Under the pieces are notes generated by a model, which saw only the letters and a list, made by a program, of their open reading frames with translations, made no database searches and had not been told where the DNA came from. Below, piece after piece: positions 29,171 to 39,201 of a stretch of DNA of 54,681 nt; position 1 is the stretch's first letter, and each line of letters opens with the position of its first letter. The stretch covers positions 1-54,681 of the forward strand of contig JALTLO010000078.1 of the NCBI GenBank assembly GCA_027001995.1, read 5' to 3'. Source of the DNA: Planctomycetota bacterium (GTDB lineage Bacteria; Planctomycetota; GCA-002687715; DRQF01). The position numbers were made by a program, and so were the translations under genes.

Positions 29171-30706
29171 TTAGGAGCGCTCGAGAAGTGTGTTTCCGTT
29201 CATCACATCTGGTTGTGCGATCTTCATGACATCTAACAACGTCGGAATGATATCCGCCAATCGACCACCATTCGGATTGAGCTTGCAGCCGCGAAATCTC
29301 TCATCGATCAAAATCAATGGAACCGGATTCGTCGTGTGGGCTGTGTGAGCTTGGCCGGTCTTCTTGTCGAACATCATTTCCACATTGCCGTGATCCGCCG
29401 TCAAGAGAATGCCGCCACCTTTGGCAGTCATGGCTTCAGCGATTTGCCCCAATGCCCGATCGACGGCCTCAACAGCCTTGACGGAAGCATCAAAATCGCC
29501 GGTGTGCCCCACCATATCCGGGTTGGCGAAATTCATGATCATCACGTCGTGCTGACCGTCCGCGATAACCCGCAGGGCATTGGCAGTGATCTCCGGAGCG
29601 CTCATCTCCGGCTGAAGATCATAAGTCGGGACCTGAGGTGAAGGCACCAAAATACGATCCTCACCGACGAAGGGCTGCTCCTTGCCACCATTGAAGAAGA
29701 AAGTGACGTGGGCATATTTCTCAGTTTCAGCAATGCGGAGTTGTTTGAGCCCTTCTCGTTCAGCGAGTTCGCCAAAGACCATCTCCAAGTCAACCTTGGC
29801 GAAAGCAATTTCAACTGGATAACCCTCTTTGTATTGGGTCATCGTTGCAAAGGCTAAGTCCAAATCGTGACGGACATCAAAGCCGTCGAAACTTGGCACC
29901 ATCAATGCTTCAGTCATTTGCCGGACACGGTCGGAGCGATAGTTGAACACGATGACACCGTCCCCAGGTGCTATTCGTGGTGCATTGTCAATGATACGAG
30001 GCAGAACGAACTCATCATTTTCTTCCGCTGCGTAGGCTGCTGCCAACCCGGCCAATGCCGTGGGAGCAGGCTCACCAACGCCTTCCACCAAGGCGTCATA
30101 AGCTATTTTGACCCTTTCCCATCGGGTATCTCGGTCCATGGCATAGTATCGGCCGCAGATTGTTCCGATCCGCCCAGCCCCGGCCTCAGCCATCTTGCCT
30201 TCTAACTGCTGCAGGTATTGTTCGGCAGATCGAGGTGGCGTATCACGGCCATCAAGGAAGGCGTGAAAAATGCAACGGTCGCCCTTAAGCCCCTGTTGGG
30301 CGGCTAAGTCCAGGAGCGCCAAGTAGTGGAAATCGGAGCTGTGAACTCCCCCATCCGAAAGAAGTCCCATCAGATGCAGGCGAGTCCCACGCTCCTTCAC
30401 TTGGGCAATCACCGACATGAAGGCGGGGTTTTCGAAGAAGCTCTTGTCGTTCACAGCAGCGTTGATGCGATCAATATCTTGAGCAACAACCCGACCTGCC
30501 CCTATGTTCATGTGCCCCACTTCTGAATTGCCCATCAAACCCGGCATCAAACCGACGTCTGTTCCCGATGCAGCAATCTTCGTGTTTGGGTAGCGGGAAA
30601 AGAATCGGTCAAATGCCGGTGTGTGGGCGGCGGCAATAGCATTGCCGTCCACCAAATCATTGAGCCCGAAGCCATCGAGCACGATCAAAGCATGTGGGGT
30701 GCGCAA
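29171..30706 (-). CDS. gpmI: 2,3-bisphosphoglycerate-independent phosphoglycerate mutase
   Basis: LDGFG, MGNSEVGH, GRYYAMDRD, ETEKYAHVTFFFNGG, NPDMVGHTG, TADHGN. TTG start at 30706 follows GAGGA. Confidence 0.96.
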   Translation of the reverse strand: MRTPHALIVLDGFGLNDLVDGNAIAAAHTPAFDRFFSRYPNTKIAASGTDVGLMPGLMGNSEVGHMNIGAGRVVAQDIDRINAAVNDKSFFENPAFMSVIAQVKERGTRLHLMGLLSDGGVHSSDFHYLALLDLAAQQGLKGDRCIFHAFLDGRDTPPRSAEQYLQQLEGKMAEAGAGRIGTICGRYYAMDRDTRWERVKIAYDALVEGVGEPAPTALAGLAAAYAAEENDEFVLPRIIDNAPRIAPGDGVIVFNYRSDRVRQMTEALMVPSFDGFDVRHDLDLAFATMTQYKEGYPVEIAFAKVDLEMVFGELAEREGLKQLRIAETEKYAHVTFFFNGGKEQPFVGEDRILVPSPQVPTYDLQPEMSAPEITANALRVIADGQHDVMIMNFANPDMVGHTGDFDASVKAVEAVDRALGQIAEAMTAKGGGILLTADHGNVEMMFDKKTGQAHTAHTTNPVPLILIDERFRGCKLNPNGGRLADIIPTLLDVMKIAQPDVMNGNTLLERS

Positions 30707-30716
30707 AGAGTATTCC

Positions 30717-31418
30717 TCAATCGTTCCTGCCGCCGAGCAACCCGGCGCGCATGGCATAGTATAGCAATGTTGCGATAGACGTGATGGCTGCGGCGACATA
30801 AGTGGAAGCTGCTGCTCTCAAGACACGCCGAGCCCCCACCATTTCATCGGCTTGCAGGATGTGGCCACCTTCCAACGCCAGCAAAGCTCTGCGGCTCGCA
30901 TCAAACTCGACCGGCAAAGTCACAATGGTAAACAACGTGGCGAAGGCGAATAGAAAAACCCCCAATTGGGCCATGGCACCGAATTGCATAATGGAACCGA
31001 TGAAGATCAGGAAGTAACTGGCATTCGTGCCAATATTTGCCATCGGAACCAGTTTGGAACGGAGCCCCAACCACATGTAAGCTTCAGCATGCTGAATTGC
31101 ATGCCCCACCTCGTGAGCGGCAATACCCAAGGCTGCAATGGAACGGCCAGAATAATTTTGCGCCGACAGGCGCAATGTACGGGAAGTCGGATCATAGTGA
31201 TCGGAGAGAAAACCCCCAGTTTGCTCAACCCGCACGTCATGGACATTGTTGTATTGCAAAATCGCACGGGCAATATCAGCACCGGTCATGCCGTTGCGTG
31301 CGCCCACTTGACTGTACTTAGAAAACGAGCTCTTCACCCACCACGAGCAAATCCCCGAAAGTAGCAAGCAAGGACCAACAAAAAGAAGATACATCGGATC
31401 GAACCAGCCAAAATACAT
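30717..31418 (-). CDS. Putative neutral zinc metallopeptidase (YugP-like membrane protein)
   Basis: LSDHYDP, AAHEVGHAIQH (HExxH), TLPVEFDASRRAL, AAASTYVAAA. Confidence 0.9.
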   Translation of the reverse strand: MYFGWFDPMYLLFVGPCLLLSGICSWWVKSSFSKYSQVGARNGMTGADIARAILQYNNVHDVRVEQTGGFLSDHYDPTSRTLRLSAQNYSGRSIAALGIAAHEVGHAIQHAEAYMWLGLRSKLVPMANIGTNASYFLIFIGSIMQFGAMAQLGVFLFAFATLFTIVTLPVEFDASRRALLALEGGHILQADEMVGARRVLRAAASTYVAAAITSIATLLYYAMRAGLLGGRND

Positions 31419-31449
31419 AGCTCAGCCTCCTCAAGACTTAGACCCGCGC

Positions 31450-33144
31450 TTAGAAAAGCCCGGTGATCTCACCATTTTCATCAATGTCAATTTGCCGCAA
31501 AGCTGGTTTGCTACCCAACCCTGGCATCAGCATCATGTCGCCGGCCAGGGGATATAGAAAACCAGCGCCCGCCGCCAAACGAATATCCCGAATCGGGAAA
31601 GTATAACCAGTTGGCGCCCCTTTCAACTTGGCATCATGACTCAGACTCAAGTGAGTCTTCGCCATACAAATCGGCAGATTTCCATAACCCCAAGAAGTAT
31701 ATTGATCTGCAGACCGTTTGGCCTCGTCGGAAAGCTCAATATCAGCGGCCCCATACACCTGGGTGGCCAAAGTAATGATTTTCTCTTCGATCGATGAATC
31801 TAAGTCGTAGAGATGCTTAAAGGATGCCCCGCTTTCCGCTGCACTCACGACTGCATGGGCCAAAGCCTCCCCACCGGCTCCTCCATCTGCGTGCATCTTA
31901 GAAATTTCAGCCGCCCTTGCCCCAAACTCCAGGGCTTTCTTTTGGACATATTCGATTTCTTCAGGCAGATCTGTCGAGAAATGGTTGATGGCTACGACCA
32001 CCGGAAGACCATGGAGGCGCACGTTGTCAATGTGTTTCTTCAAGTTGGGCAAACCGTCATTGATCGCCGGTATGTCCTTTTCGAAGAGAGCTGGGTCGAG
32101 GGGCTTCCCAGCCCGAATCTTAAAACGATCGCAGTGGGCTTTAAGAGCGCGGATCGTCACCACCAAAACAATGGCATCGGGGGTGATCCCGGAGGCACGA
32201 CACTTGATGTTGCAGAGTTTCTCGAAACCCATGTCCGCACCAAAACCACTTTCGGTCACGGTGTAGTCAGCCAATCTGGTGGCGATCTGGTCAGCGACCA
32301 CACTGCTGTTGCCATAGGCAATATTGGCGAATGGCCCAGCATGGATGAACGTAAGAGTTCCTTCAGTGGTCTGCATCACTGTTGGATTGACGGCCTCCTT
32401 CATAATGGCAGCCATGGCCCCGGCGCACTCCATCGTTTCTGCGGTGACCGGCTCTCCAGCTTTGTCTTCCCCAACAACCATGCGCCCCAGCCGACCACGC
32501 AAGTCAAAGATGTCCTTGGAGAGCCCAAGGCAGGCCATGACTTCCGACGCCGGGGTAATATCAAAGCCAGTGATGCGCGGTACACCGTTCTTCTTGCCTC
32601 CCAAACCGATTTCGATCTGGCGAAGGGCTCGATCATTGATGTCAACAACCCGCCGATAGGTCACCCGCTCTGGGTTCAAATTAAAGGGGTTCTTAAGAAG
32701 GATGCTGGTGTCGGTCCAAGCGGCGAGAAGGTTGTGAGCTGCCCCCACCGCATGCATGTCCCCAGTCAGATGAAGGTTAAAATCCTCCATCGGCACGACT
32801 TGAGAATGCCCGCCGCCAGCGGCTCCCCCTTTGATGCCAAACACTGGCCCCATGGATGGCTGGCGGATGGTGGTGATGGTGTTCTTGCCTATCTTGTTCA
32901 GTGCGAGGCCCAGGCCGATGGTGGTGACAGTTTTACCTTCCCCCAAGGGTGTGGGTGTGACCGCCGTCACCCCGATATACTTGCCACGGGCCGCTCCAGC
33001 GAGGCGTTTCCCCACAGAGGCATTGATCTTTGCCTTATACGGCCCATAGAGACTGAGTTCATCCCTCTTCAGGCCAAAGCGTTCCGCCACTTCCTGAATC
33101 GGTTCCAAATCGTGGGCGCGGGCAATTTCGAGATCAGTCTTCAT
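31450..33144 (-). CDS. fhs: Formate-tetrahydrofolate ligase
   Basis: TPTPLGEGKT, FGIKGGAAGGG, NLHLTGD, HAGPFANIA, MAKTHLSLSHD, MPGL. Start MKTDLEIA at 33144. Confidence 0.96.
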   Translation of the reverse strand: MKTDLEIARAHDLEPIQEVAERFGLKRDELSLYGPYKAKINASVGKRLAGAARGKYIGVTAVTPTPLGEGKTVTTIGLGLALNKIGKNTITTIRQPSMGPVFGIKGGAAGGGHSQVVPMEDFNLHLTGDMHAVGAAHNLLAAWTDTSILLKNPFNLNPERVTYRRVVDINDRALRQIEIGLGGKKNGVPRITGFDITPASEVMACLGLSKDIFDLRGRLGRMVVGEDKAGEPVTAETMECAGAMAAIMKEAVNPTVMQTTEGTLTFIHAGPFANIAYGNSSVVADQIATRLADYTVTESGFGADMGFEKLCNIKCRASGITPDAIVLVVTIRALKAHCDRFKIRAGKPLDPALFEKDIPAINDGLPNLKKHIDNVRLHGLPVVVAINHFSTDLPEEIEYVQKKALEFGARAAEISKMHADGGAGGEALAHAVVSAAESGASFKHLYDLDSSIEEKIITLATQVYGAADIELSDEAKRSADQYTSWGYGNLPICMAKTHLSLSHDAKLKGAPTGYTFPIRDIRLAAGAGFLYPLAGDMMLMPGLGSKPALRQIDIDENGEITGLF

Positions 33145-33335
33145 ACTCTTTCCTTTTCCTTCTGGTCTGCACCAATATAACGAGCTTGACTGCCAAAAGC
33201 GCAACATGCCCGAGGAAAAGACCCAGGAATGGAGTATTCCATCCAATTCGGGCCGACCTTGGGAGTTATCCACAGGCCTCTCTAAGAAAATCGTGAATAA
33301 ATCATGACTTTGTCCCCCTTGTTTGAGAATTCTAG

Positions 33336-33363
33336 TTGACCTAATGGAGGCAATCTCTATATT
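33336..33363 (+). promoter_or_regulatory. sigma70-like promoter for the candidate sRNA
   Basis: TTGACC-N16-TATATT immediately before the hairpin array. Confidence 0.5.
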
Positions 33364-33368
33364 GAGTA

Positions 33369-33526
33369 ACAGGGTGGCACACACGAGCGGGCTCCTCACC
33401 TGCGCGCGTCACCCCAGATTGACGGTGATAACTCATCACAATCAAACCACCACCACAGTAAACCACATTGATCTCTCATCAGTGGTTTCCCCCGGCATCG
33501 GAGCCTTCACCGATGCCGGATTTTTA
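33369..33526 (+). ncRNA. Candidate four-hairpin small RNA with its own terminator
   Basis: Hairpins at 33372-33414, 33417-33443 and 33460-33488, then terminator CCGGCATCGG/CCGATGCCGG+ATTTTT. G-U pairs favour the + strand. Confidence 0.6.
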
Positions 33527-33654
33527 TTGCCTACTCATAAAGAAAATTTCAGGCTTCACATTCCCAAGCTCATTGGGCTATGAAGCGAGGCGAAATCAGC
33601 CCTCGTAGTGCTAAAAGTGAAAGCCGCATGGCTAGGGAGTTACCATCTGAGTCC

Positions 33655-34554
33655 TCAAACTATCTCGGGCCAATTCCGAGTGATGAAATCCATGAATGTG
33701 CGCACGCATCCCGAGTCCTTGAGCTCTGGGCAGGTGAGAATCCAAATTCCCAACGCAGGCACTCTTTGAGCGTTGGGGACCGCTATCAATCCGTCTGCCA
33801 CTCCGTCGCGCAATAACGCCAGCCCCAGGCCCTTTTGGACAAGATTCAGGGCATCACCATAGTGTTGCGCCTCAGCGACAATCTTTGGGCGGCCTGCTAA
33901 ACGTCGAAAAACCTTCGTCTGCCAACGCCGCAGCTCATTGGACCGAGAAGAAGCTTGGTGATTCCAAATGACCCAATCACTGTCTTCAGACAAACAGTAT
34001 GGCTCGTCGTCACCCTTGACATAGGAAGGGGATGCTCGAACTTCGAAACCAAGGCGACCAAGCTGCCTACCCACAAGTTCTTGAGGAGGTTCATTGGTCA
34101 AGACAATCTCTACAGCCGCTATTGGGATGTTCTTCCTCTCCCGGTTATTGGCAGGCCAGTCGTGGTCTGTCCGAATCTTCAGTTCGATCCCCGGAAAAGC
34201 CGCCAAGAACGGGGGCATGAGTGGCAACAAGTTCAACAGTCGGCTATCGGGCAGAGACACCACCAAGGAACCCCGAGGATCTGGATTCTTACTCAACGCC
34301 CGGCCAGCGAGGGCGTGAACGTTTGCTTCCATAGCCAGGGCTTCCGACAGGATACCTTCACCTTCCGAAGTCACGCGATAGCCAGTCCTCAGTGGCTCGA
34401 ACAAGCGAAGCCCCAAAGAATCCTCCAACTTCCCGACATTGCGTAGAACCGTGGCATGACTCACCCCGAGATCCTTGGCCGCAGCAATCACAGACCCGGC
34501 CTTGTTCACCGCCAAGAAAAACCGCAGGTGATCCCAATTCAAGTCATTGTTCAT
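33655..34554 (-). CDS. LysR-family transcriptional regulator
   Basis: LNWDHLRFFLAV..AGS..AAAKDLGVSHATVLR....LEDSLG.RLF helix-turn-helix; divergent from ribBX. Confidence 0.92.
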   Translation of the reverse strand: MNNDLNWDHLRFFLAVNKAGSVIAAAKDLGVSHATVLRNVGKLEDSLGLRLFEPLRTGYRVTSEGEGILSEALAMEANVHALAGRALSKNPDPRGSLVVSLPDSRLLNLLPLMPPFLAAFPGIELKIRTDHDWPANNRERKNIPIAAVEIVLTNEPPQELVGRQLGRLGFEVRASPSYVKGDDEPYCLSEDSDWVIWNHQASSRSNELRRWQTKVFRRLAGRPKIVAEAQHYGDALNLVQKGLGLALLRDGVADGLIAVPNAQRVPALGIWILTCPELKDSGCVRTFMDFITRNWPEIV

Positions 34555-34596
34555 ATATGAACATCCATTATGAAGAAATGTATGTTTATGAACATT
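34548..34596. promoter_or_regulatory. Probable LysR operator palindromes
   Basis: Perfect 16-bp palindrome TGTTCATATATGAACA (34548-34563) over the LysR start codon, and a second dyad ATGTT-tatg-AACAT (34583-34596). Confidence 0.6.
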
Positions 34597-34642
34597 ACTG
34601 TAAGCGCTAACGTTTCGTCAATTCATAGTTCGGAGGAAGAAA

Positions 34643-35704
34643 ATGACAGAAACACTCTCTGGCATTGACGTAGCATTGACCCAAATCCGAAACGGCGGCT
34701 TCGTGATCGTCGTGGATGACGAAGACCGAGAAAACGAAGGCGACCTCATCATCGCCGCAGAAAAAGCGACGCCTGAGCAGGTAGCATTCATGATCCGGCA
34801 CACTTCAGGGGTCATCTGCGCCCCATGTGAACCTAACCGCCTGAATGATCTCGCCTTGCCTCCCATGGTCGAATCCAACCAAGAAGCACACCGCTGCGCC
34901 TTTGCGATTTCGGCAGATTACCTCCCCGGTATGACCACCGGAATTTCTGCAGCAGAGCGAGCCGCGACACTGCGCGCCTTAGCGAACGGCGAAACCGGCG
35001 CTGACGACTTCGTCCGCCCCGGACATATTTTTCCTTTGTCCTACCAGACAGGTGGCGTCCTGGTTCGCTCCGGCCACACCGAAGCCGCTGTAGATCTTTG
35101 CCGTTTAGCAGGTTTGCTCCCTGCAGGCGCCCTCTGCGAATTGGTCAATGACGATGGAACGATGAAACGTCTCCCAGAATTAAAACATTTTTCTGAAGAG
35201 CACGACTTGCCAATCATTTCAATCGAATCGCTCATTCGCTACCGGACAGAGAATGAAGTGTTGGTGAATGAAGTCGCAAACAAAGCAATCGTCTTGGACG
35301 GCGTCCGATTTCAAATGCACGTTTACCGCACAGTCTTTGAGGAGAGATACATAACAGCTCTGGTTCAAGGCGAAATTCAAGAGAATGAACCCACCGTGGT
35401 CCGTGTAGTCAAGGGAGAAAGAGATCGAGATTTCCTGGCAAGCGCGATGGTTCCAGGCAATGTCATCTATCGATCGTTGAAGTCCATCGGCGATGCACCC
35501 CAAGGCGTTTTCCTCTACTTGCCCAACAACAAAAGCCCCCTCCCGGAGCAACCAAGCCATGTGTGGCGAGAAGTCGGCTTAGGAAGTTACATCCTGAGTC
35601 GATTGGGTGTGAAACGAATTCACTTGATCGCCAGTAGGGAAATATCTTTCCCTGGGATCGCGAGTTTCGGCCTGAGCATCGAGACCATCATCAAAGAGGA
35701 ATGA
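34643..35704 (+). CDS. ribB: DHBP synthase fused to a degenerate GTP cyclohydrolase II-like domain (RibBX type)
   Basis: DDEDRENEGD, RPGHIFP, RSGHTEA, CELVNDDGTM. The C-terminal domain has the RibA-like layout (VVRV..., WREVGLGS.IL..LGVKRI.L) but no Zn-binding cysteines. Confidence 0.9.
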   Translation: MTETLSGIDVALTQIRNGGFVIVVDDEDRENEGDLIIAAEKATPEQVAFMIRHTSGVICAPCEPNRLNDLALPPMVESNQEAHRCAFAISADYLPGMTTGISAAERAATLRALANGETGADDFVRPGHIFPLSYQTGGVLVRSGHTEAAVDLCRLAGLLPAGALCELVNDDGTMKRLPELKHFSEEHDLPIISIESLIRYRTENEVLVNEVANKAIVLDGVRFQMHVYRTVFEERYITALVQGEIQENEPTVVRVVKGERDRDFLASAMVPGNVIYRSLKSIGDAPQGVFLYLPNNKSPLPEQPSHVWREVGLGSYILSRLGVKRIHLIASREISFPGIASFGLSIETIIKEE

Positions 35705-35828
35705 CGGCACAAACTGCCGAACGAAATCAGGCCACGAAATGGGCCGTCAAGGCAAGATCGTGAGATCAGCGATGACGGCCAAAAGTTAGACAGTGAATCC
35801 CAGCCTTTGAGAGCCGCATCGCTTGCGA

Positions 35829-37397
35829 TCAGTGCCGGAAGTGACGACGACCTGTTAGGACCATAGCCATGTCCTTGTCATCGCAGGCTGCAATGACGTC
35901 CTTGTCGCGGATAGAGCCTCCTGGCTGAATGACAGCGGTGATACCAAATTCCTGTGCTGACATGATGCCGTCGGCAAAGGGGAAAAACGCATCAGACGCC
36001 ATGACAGCACCTTGGCAGAGTTCGCCACCTTTCTTACCAGCCAGTTGAACAGAATCGATACGACTCATTTGTCCAGCACCCGTGCCGATGAGGCGTTGAT
36101 CCCGTGCGAAGACAATGGCATTTGAGGTCACGTGTCGGCAGAGTGCCCAAGCAAATTGCAAATCGAGTGCTTCTTGCTCGCTCGGGTGCCTGGCTGTCAC
36201 GGGGTTGACTTCTGGGACAATGGAACGGTCGGGCGTTTGCACCAACATGCCCCCTCGAATCCATCGCAGTTCACGCTCACCATCGAGGACGCGCTCACCT
36301 ATGTCACCCGTCTTCAGGATACGCACGTTCTTGCCCCACTTGGCACCCTGCCGCAAGATCGCCAAGCTCTCGCCCAAATACTCTGGGGCGATGATGACTT
36401 CAAAGAACTTGTCTTTCGTTGCAACCAACCGTGCAGTTGCCTCGTCCAAAGGCCCGTTGAATGCCACGATGCCACCATAGGCAGACATGGGATCACCAGC
36501 GTGAGCCAAGACGAAAGCCTCTTCTTGGCTCGAAGCGTGGCTGGCCGCGCCACAAGGGTTCTTGTGCTTGATCACTGTACAAGCGATGTTGGGCAAACTC
36601 TTCACGCACTCGAAAGCGGCGTCGGCGTCTAAGTAGTTGTTGAAGGACAGCTCTTTGCCATTCAATTGCTCAGCGAAAGCCACGCATCCGTCTGCCGGTT
36701 TCTGGCCCAAATAGACTGCGGCTTCTTGATGGGGGTTCTCCCCATAGCGCAGGCCTTGTTTGCGTTCGTAAGTTGCCGTGATGCGCTCGGGAAGAAACTC
36801 CCCACCCAAGTAATCTTGAATAGCTGCATCATAAGCAGATGTCACCTGAAAAGCCTTCTTCGCCCAATGACGCCGTTGATCAAGAGTCGTACAACCCTGT
36901 TGATTCTCAAAGGTCTCAATAAACTCGGCGTAATCGTCAACTTGAGTCAGAACAGTGACAAAACTGTGATTCTTGGCGGCGCTTCGAATCATGGTGGGAC
37001 CACCAATGTCGATCATCTCGATGGCATCGGCGTCATCCACTTCTGGCTTTGCTATCACCTCCGTGAAGGGATAGAGATTGACAACCACCAAGTCAATAGG
37101 CCGAATGCCGTTGGCTTCAGCGGCCTCTTGATGGCTCTCCACATCTCGGCGCATGAGGAGACCCCCATGAATCCGAGGATGCAGAGTTTTCACTCGACCA
37201 TCCATCATCTCGGGAAACTCGGTGACATCGCTGACATCCACCACATCCACGTTGTTTTCCCGCAATAAACGGGCGGTGCCACCGGTAGAGAGAATCTCGA
37301 CTCCACCCTTAGCCAAGGCCTGAGCCAAAGCCACAACACCATCTTTCTTGAAGACGCTTATCAGCGCACGTTGTATTTTTTGCGAATCTGCGGTCAT
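35829..37397 (-). CDS. purH: AICAR transformylase/IMP cyclohydrolase
   Basis: RALISV, STGGT, GRVKTLHP, IDIGGPTMIRSAAKN, LRYGENPHQ, ASDAFFPF, RHFRH. Confidence 0.97.
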   Translation of the reverse strand: MTADSQKIQRALISVFKKDGVVALAQALAKGGVEILSTGGTARLLRENNVDVVDVSDVTEFPEMMDGRVKTLHPRIHGGLLMRRDVESHQEAAEANGIRPIDLVVVNLYPFTEVIAKPEVDDADAIEMIDIGGPTMIRSAAKNHSFVTVLTQVDDYAEFIETFENQQGCTTLDQRRHWAKKAFQVTSAYDAAIQDYLGGEFLPERITATYERKQGLRYGENPHQEAAVYLGQKPADGCVAFAEQLNGKELSFNNYLDADAAFECVKSLPNIACTVIKHKNPCGAASHASSQEEAFVLAHAGDPMSAYGGIVAFNGPLDEATARLVATKDKFFEVIIAPEYLGESLAILRQGAKWGKNVRILKTGDIGERVLDGERELRWIRGGMLVQTPDRSIVPEVNPVTARHPSEQEALDLQFAWALCRHVTSNAIVFARDQRLIGTGAGQMSRIDSVQLAGKKGGELCQGAVMASDAFFPFADGIMSAQEFGITAVIQPGGSIRDKDVIAACDDKDMAMVLTGRRHFRH

Positions 37398-38501
37398 TTC
37401 GAGTCCCTTTTACTCGCCTGACGGCGAAGCCATGCTTCAATAAAGTCGTTGAGGCGGCCATCGAGCACAGCATTCACATTGCCCACTTCCGTGTTTGTTC
37501 GATGGTCCTTAACCAATGTGTAAGGCTGCAAAGTATAAGTGCGGATTTGGCTGCCGAAGGCGATCTCACCCTTAGCATCGTAAGCCGAGGCCACTTCCTT
37601 TTCGCGCTCCATTTCCTGGAGGCGAGCTAAGCGACCTTTAAGTACGGTCATGGCTGCGGCCTTGTTCTTGTGTTGTGACCTTTGATTTTGACACTGCACC
37701 ACAACGCCGGTAGGCAAATGGGTAATGCGAACCGCTGAATCCGATGTGTTGACATGTTGTCCGCCCTTACCGCCAGCGCGATAAGTGTCGATGCGCAAGT
37801 CCTTATCTAAGATCTCGATGCCCTCAGCGTCCTCCAGGTCTGGAATAACGTCGATGCCGACAAATGAAGTTTGACGCTTACCCGCTGAGTTAAAGGGTGA
37901 AATGCGAATCAAACGGTGAACGCCCATCTCTGCACGAAGCTTGCCGTAGGCATATTCGCCGGTAATGCGAAGCTGGGCACCTTTGATCCCGGCCTCATCA
38001 TTGACCGTGATATCAATAGTCTCACACTTCATGCCTTCGGCGTCGGCCCAGCGCTTATACATGCGAAATAACATGTCAGCGAAGTCGTTGGCGTCGGTGC
38101 CGCCGTTCCCCGCTTGAATTGTCAAGATGGCCGGTTGAGCGTCATGAGCACCGTAAAAAAGCGCTTCCAATTCATACTCATCGTAGCGGGACTCCAAACC
38201 GGCAATCTCGGACAAGACTTGTGCTTCTTGATCTTCGTCTCCTTCAACCATCTCTGCCAGTTCAAAGAGATCATTCACTTCACTGTCGAGAGACCCTAAA
38301 CCGTCAACTACCCTTTTTGCAGTTTTGAGCTCACGAATAATCTTCTGGGCTTTGTCCGAGTCATCCCAAAACCCAGGCTCCGACATCTTGGCCTCTAATT
38401 CTTCGGCACGAACAGACTTGGCCGCGAAGTCAAAGAGAGTCCTTGAGATTCGAAAGACCGTCTCGCAACTTTGTCAGTTTGATTTCGAGTTCGTGAAGCA
38501 T
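37394..38501 (-). CDS. prfB: Peptide chain release factor 2 (programmed +1 frameshift)
   Basis: SPF and GGQ motifs. ATG at 38501 gives 23 codons ending CTT-TGA-C, and the +1 frame joins the 37394..38386 ORF. Confidence 0.96.
38429..38444 (-). promoter_or_regulatory. prfB frameshift site
   Basis: AAGGACTCT-CTT-TGA-C: a weak internal SD plus the canonical CUU UGA C. Confidence 0.92.
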
Positions 38502-38558
38502 GGTGATTTCCTTAAGTGCGCGGTGACCATGACTGGCCCGTACATTTGGTCTTGGGAC

Positions 38559-39065
38559 TTAGCTAACGTCGTCGTTGATTTCTTTTTTCTTCCCATGGTG
38601 GGGACCACCCATGGAAGTATCATAAATCTTGGTGAAGCCGTGAACTTCGCCCAAGCTATAGGCTGAGAGGATTTTGCCGCGCTCGCTCTTAAGGAATCGC
38701 ATGAGCATAGCGAGAATCCTTAAGTAATCGTCATGGTGGCCATTGGGTCCAACGATCATGCACACCAGCTTGACCGGGCGGTCGTCGATCATGCTGCCAT
38801 AGTCGATCCCCGTCTGGGAAATTCCCAGGGCCAGAGCAAAATCATCCACAGTACCCAAGCGGGCATGGGGAATCGCGATTCCATAGCCAATACCCGTGCT
38901 CATCAAGACCTCGCGGCTCATGATGGCCTCTTCGACGGCAACACGCTCGCCGATGGCTCCAGACAGCGTCAAAGAGTCCAAAAGGGTTTGGATGGCGCTG
39001 GCCTTGTTTGACCCGTCCAAATTGACGATGCGATTGGGCGCCAGTAATTCTGAAAGTTCGTACAT
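38559..39065 (-). CDS. PTS EIIA (Ntr/fructose-type) domain protein
   Basis: RE..MSTGIGYGIAIPHAR (phospho-His motif); ATG at 39065. Confidence 0.88.
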   Translation of the reverse strand: MYELSELLAPNRIVNLDGSNKASAIQTLLDSLTLSGAIGERVAVEEAIMSREVLMSTGIGYGIAIPHARLGTVDDFALALGISQTGIDYGSMIDDRPVKLVCMIVGPNGHHDDYLRILAMLMRFLKSERGKILSAYSLGEVHGFTKIYDTSMGGPHHGKKKEINDDVS

Positions 39066-39201
39066 CAAGCTCGATCCCCAGTGTTCTTCCGGGGCTGAGA
39101 ATAGCCGCTTTGGGGGTCCACGACAACATGAAGAGACCTCCAGAGGCCCCATTATTCGGGGCTAAGGTTGCGAATTTGAGAGTGAGCACGTATCAGATGG
39201 C

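Noticed and set aside
31813..33180. 455-aa plus-strand ORF
   Set aside because: Antisense shadow of fhs; the same applies to 51210..52049 (gltX), 21122..21775 and 44119..44826.
33266..33274. Perfect DnaA box TTATCCACA (and TTGTCCACA at 20149-20157) suggesting oriC
   Set aside because: Isolated boxes, with no cluster, DUE or dnaA/dnaN nearby.
33145..33530. THF or ZTP riboswitch upstream of fhs
   Set aside because: No recognisable consensus; the structured element and its terminator are on the opposite strand.
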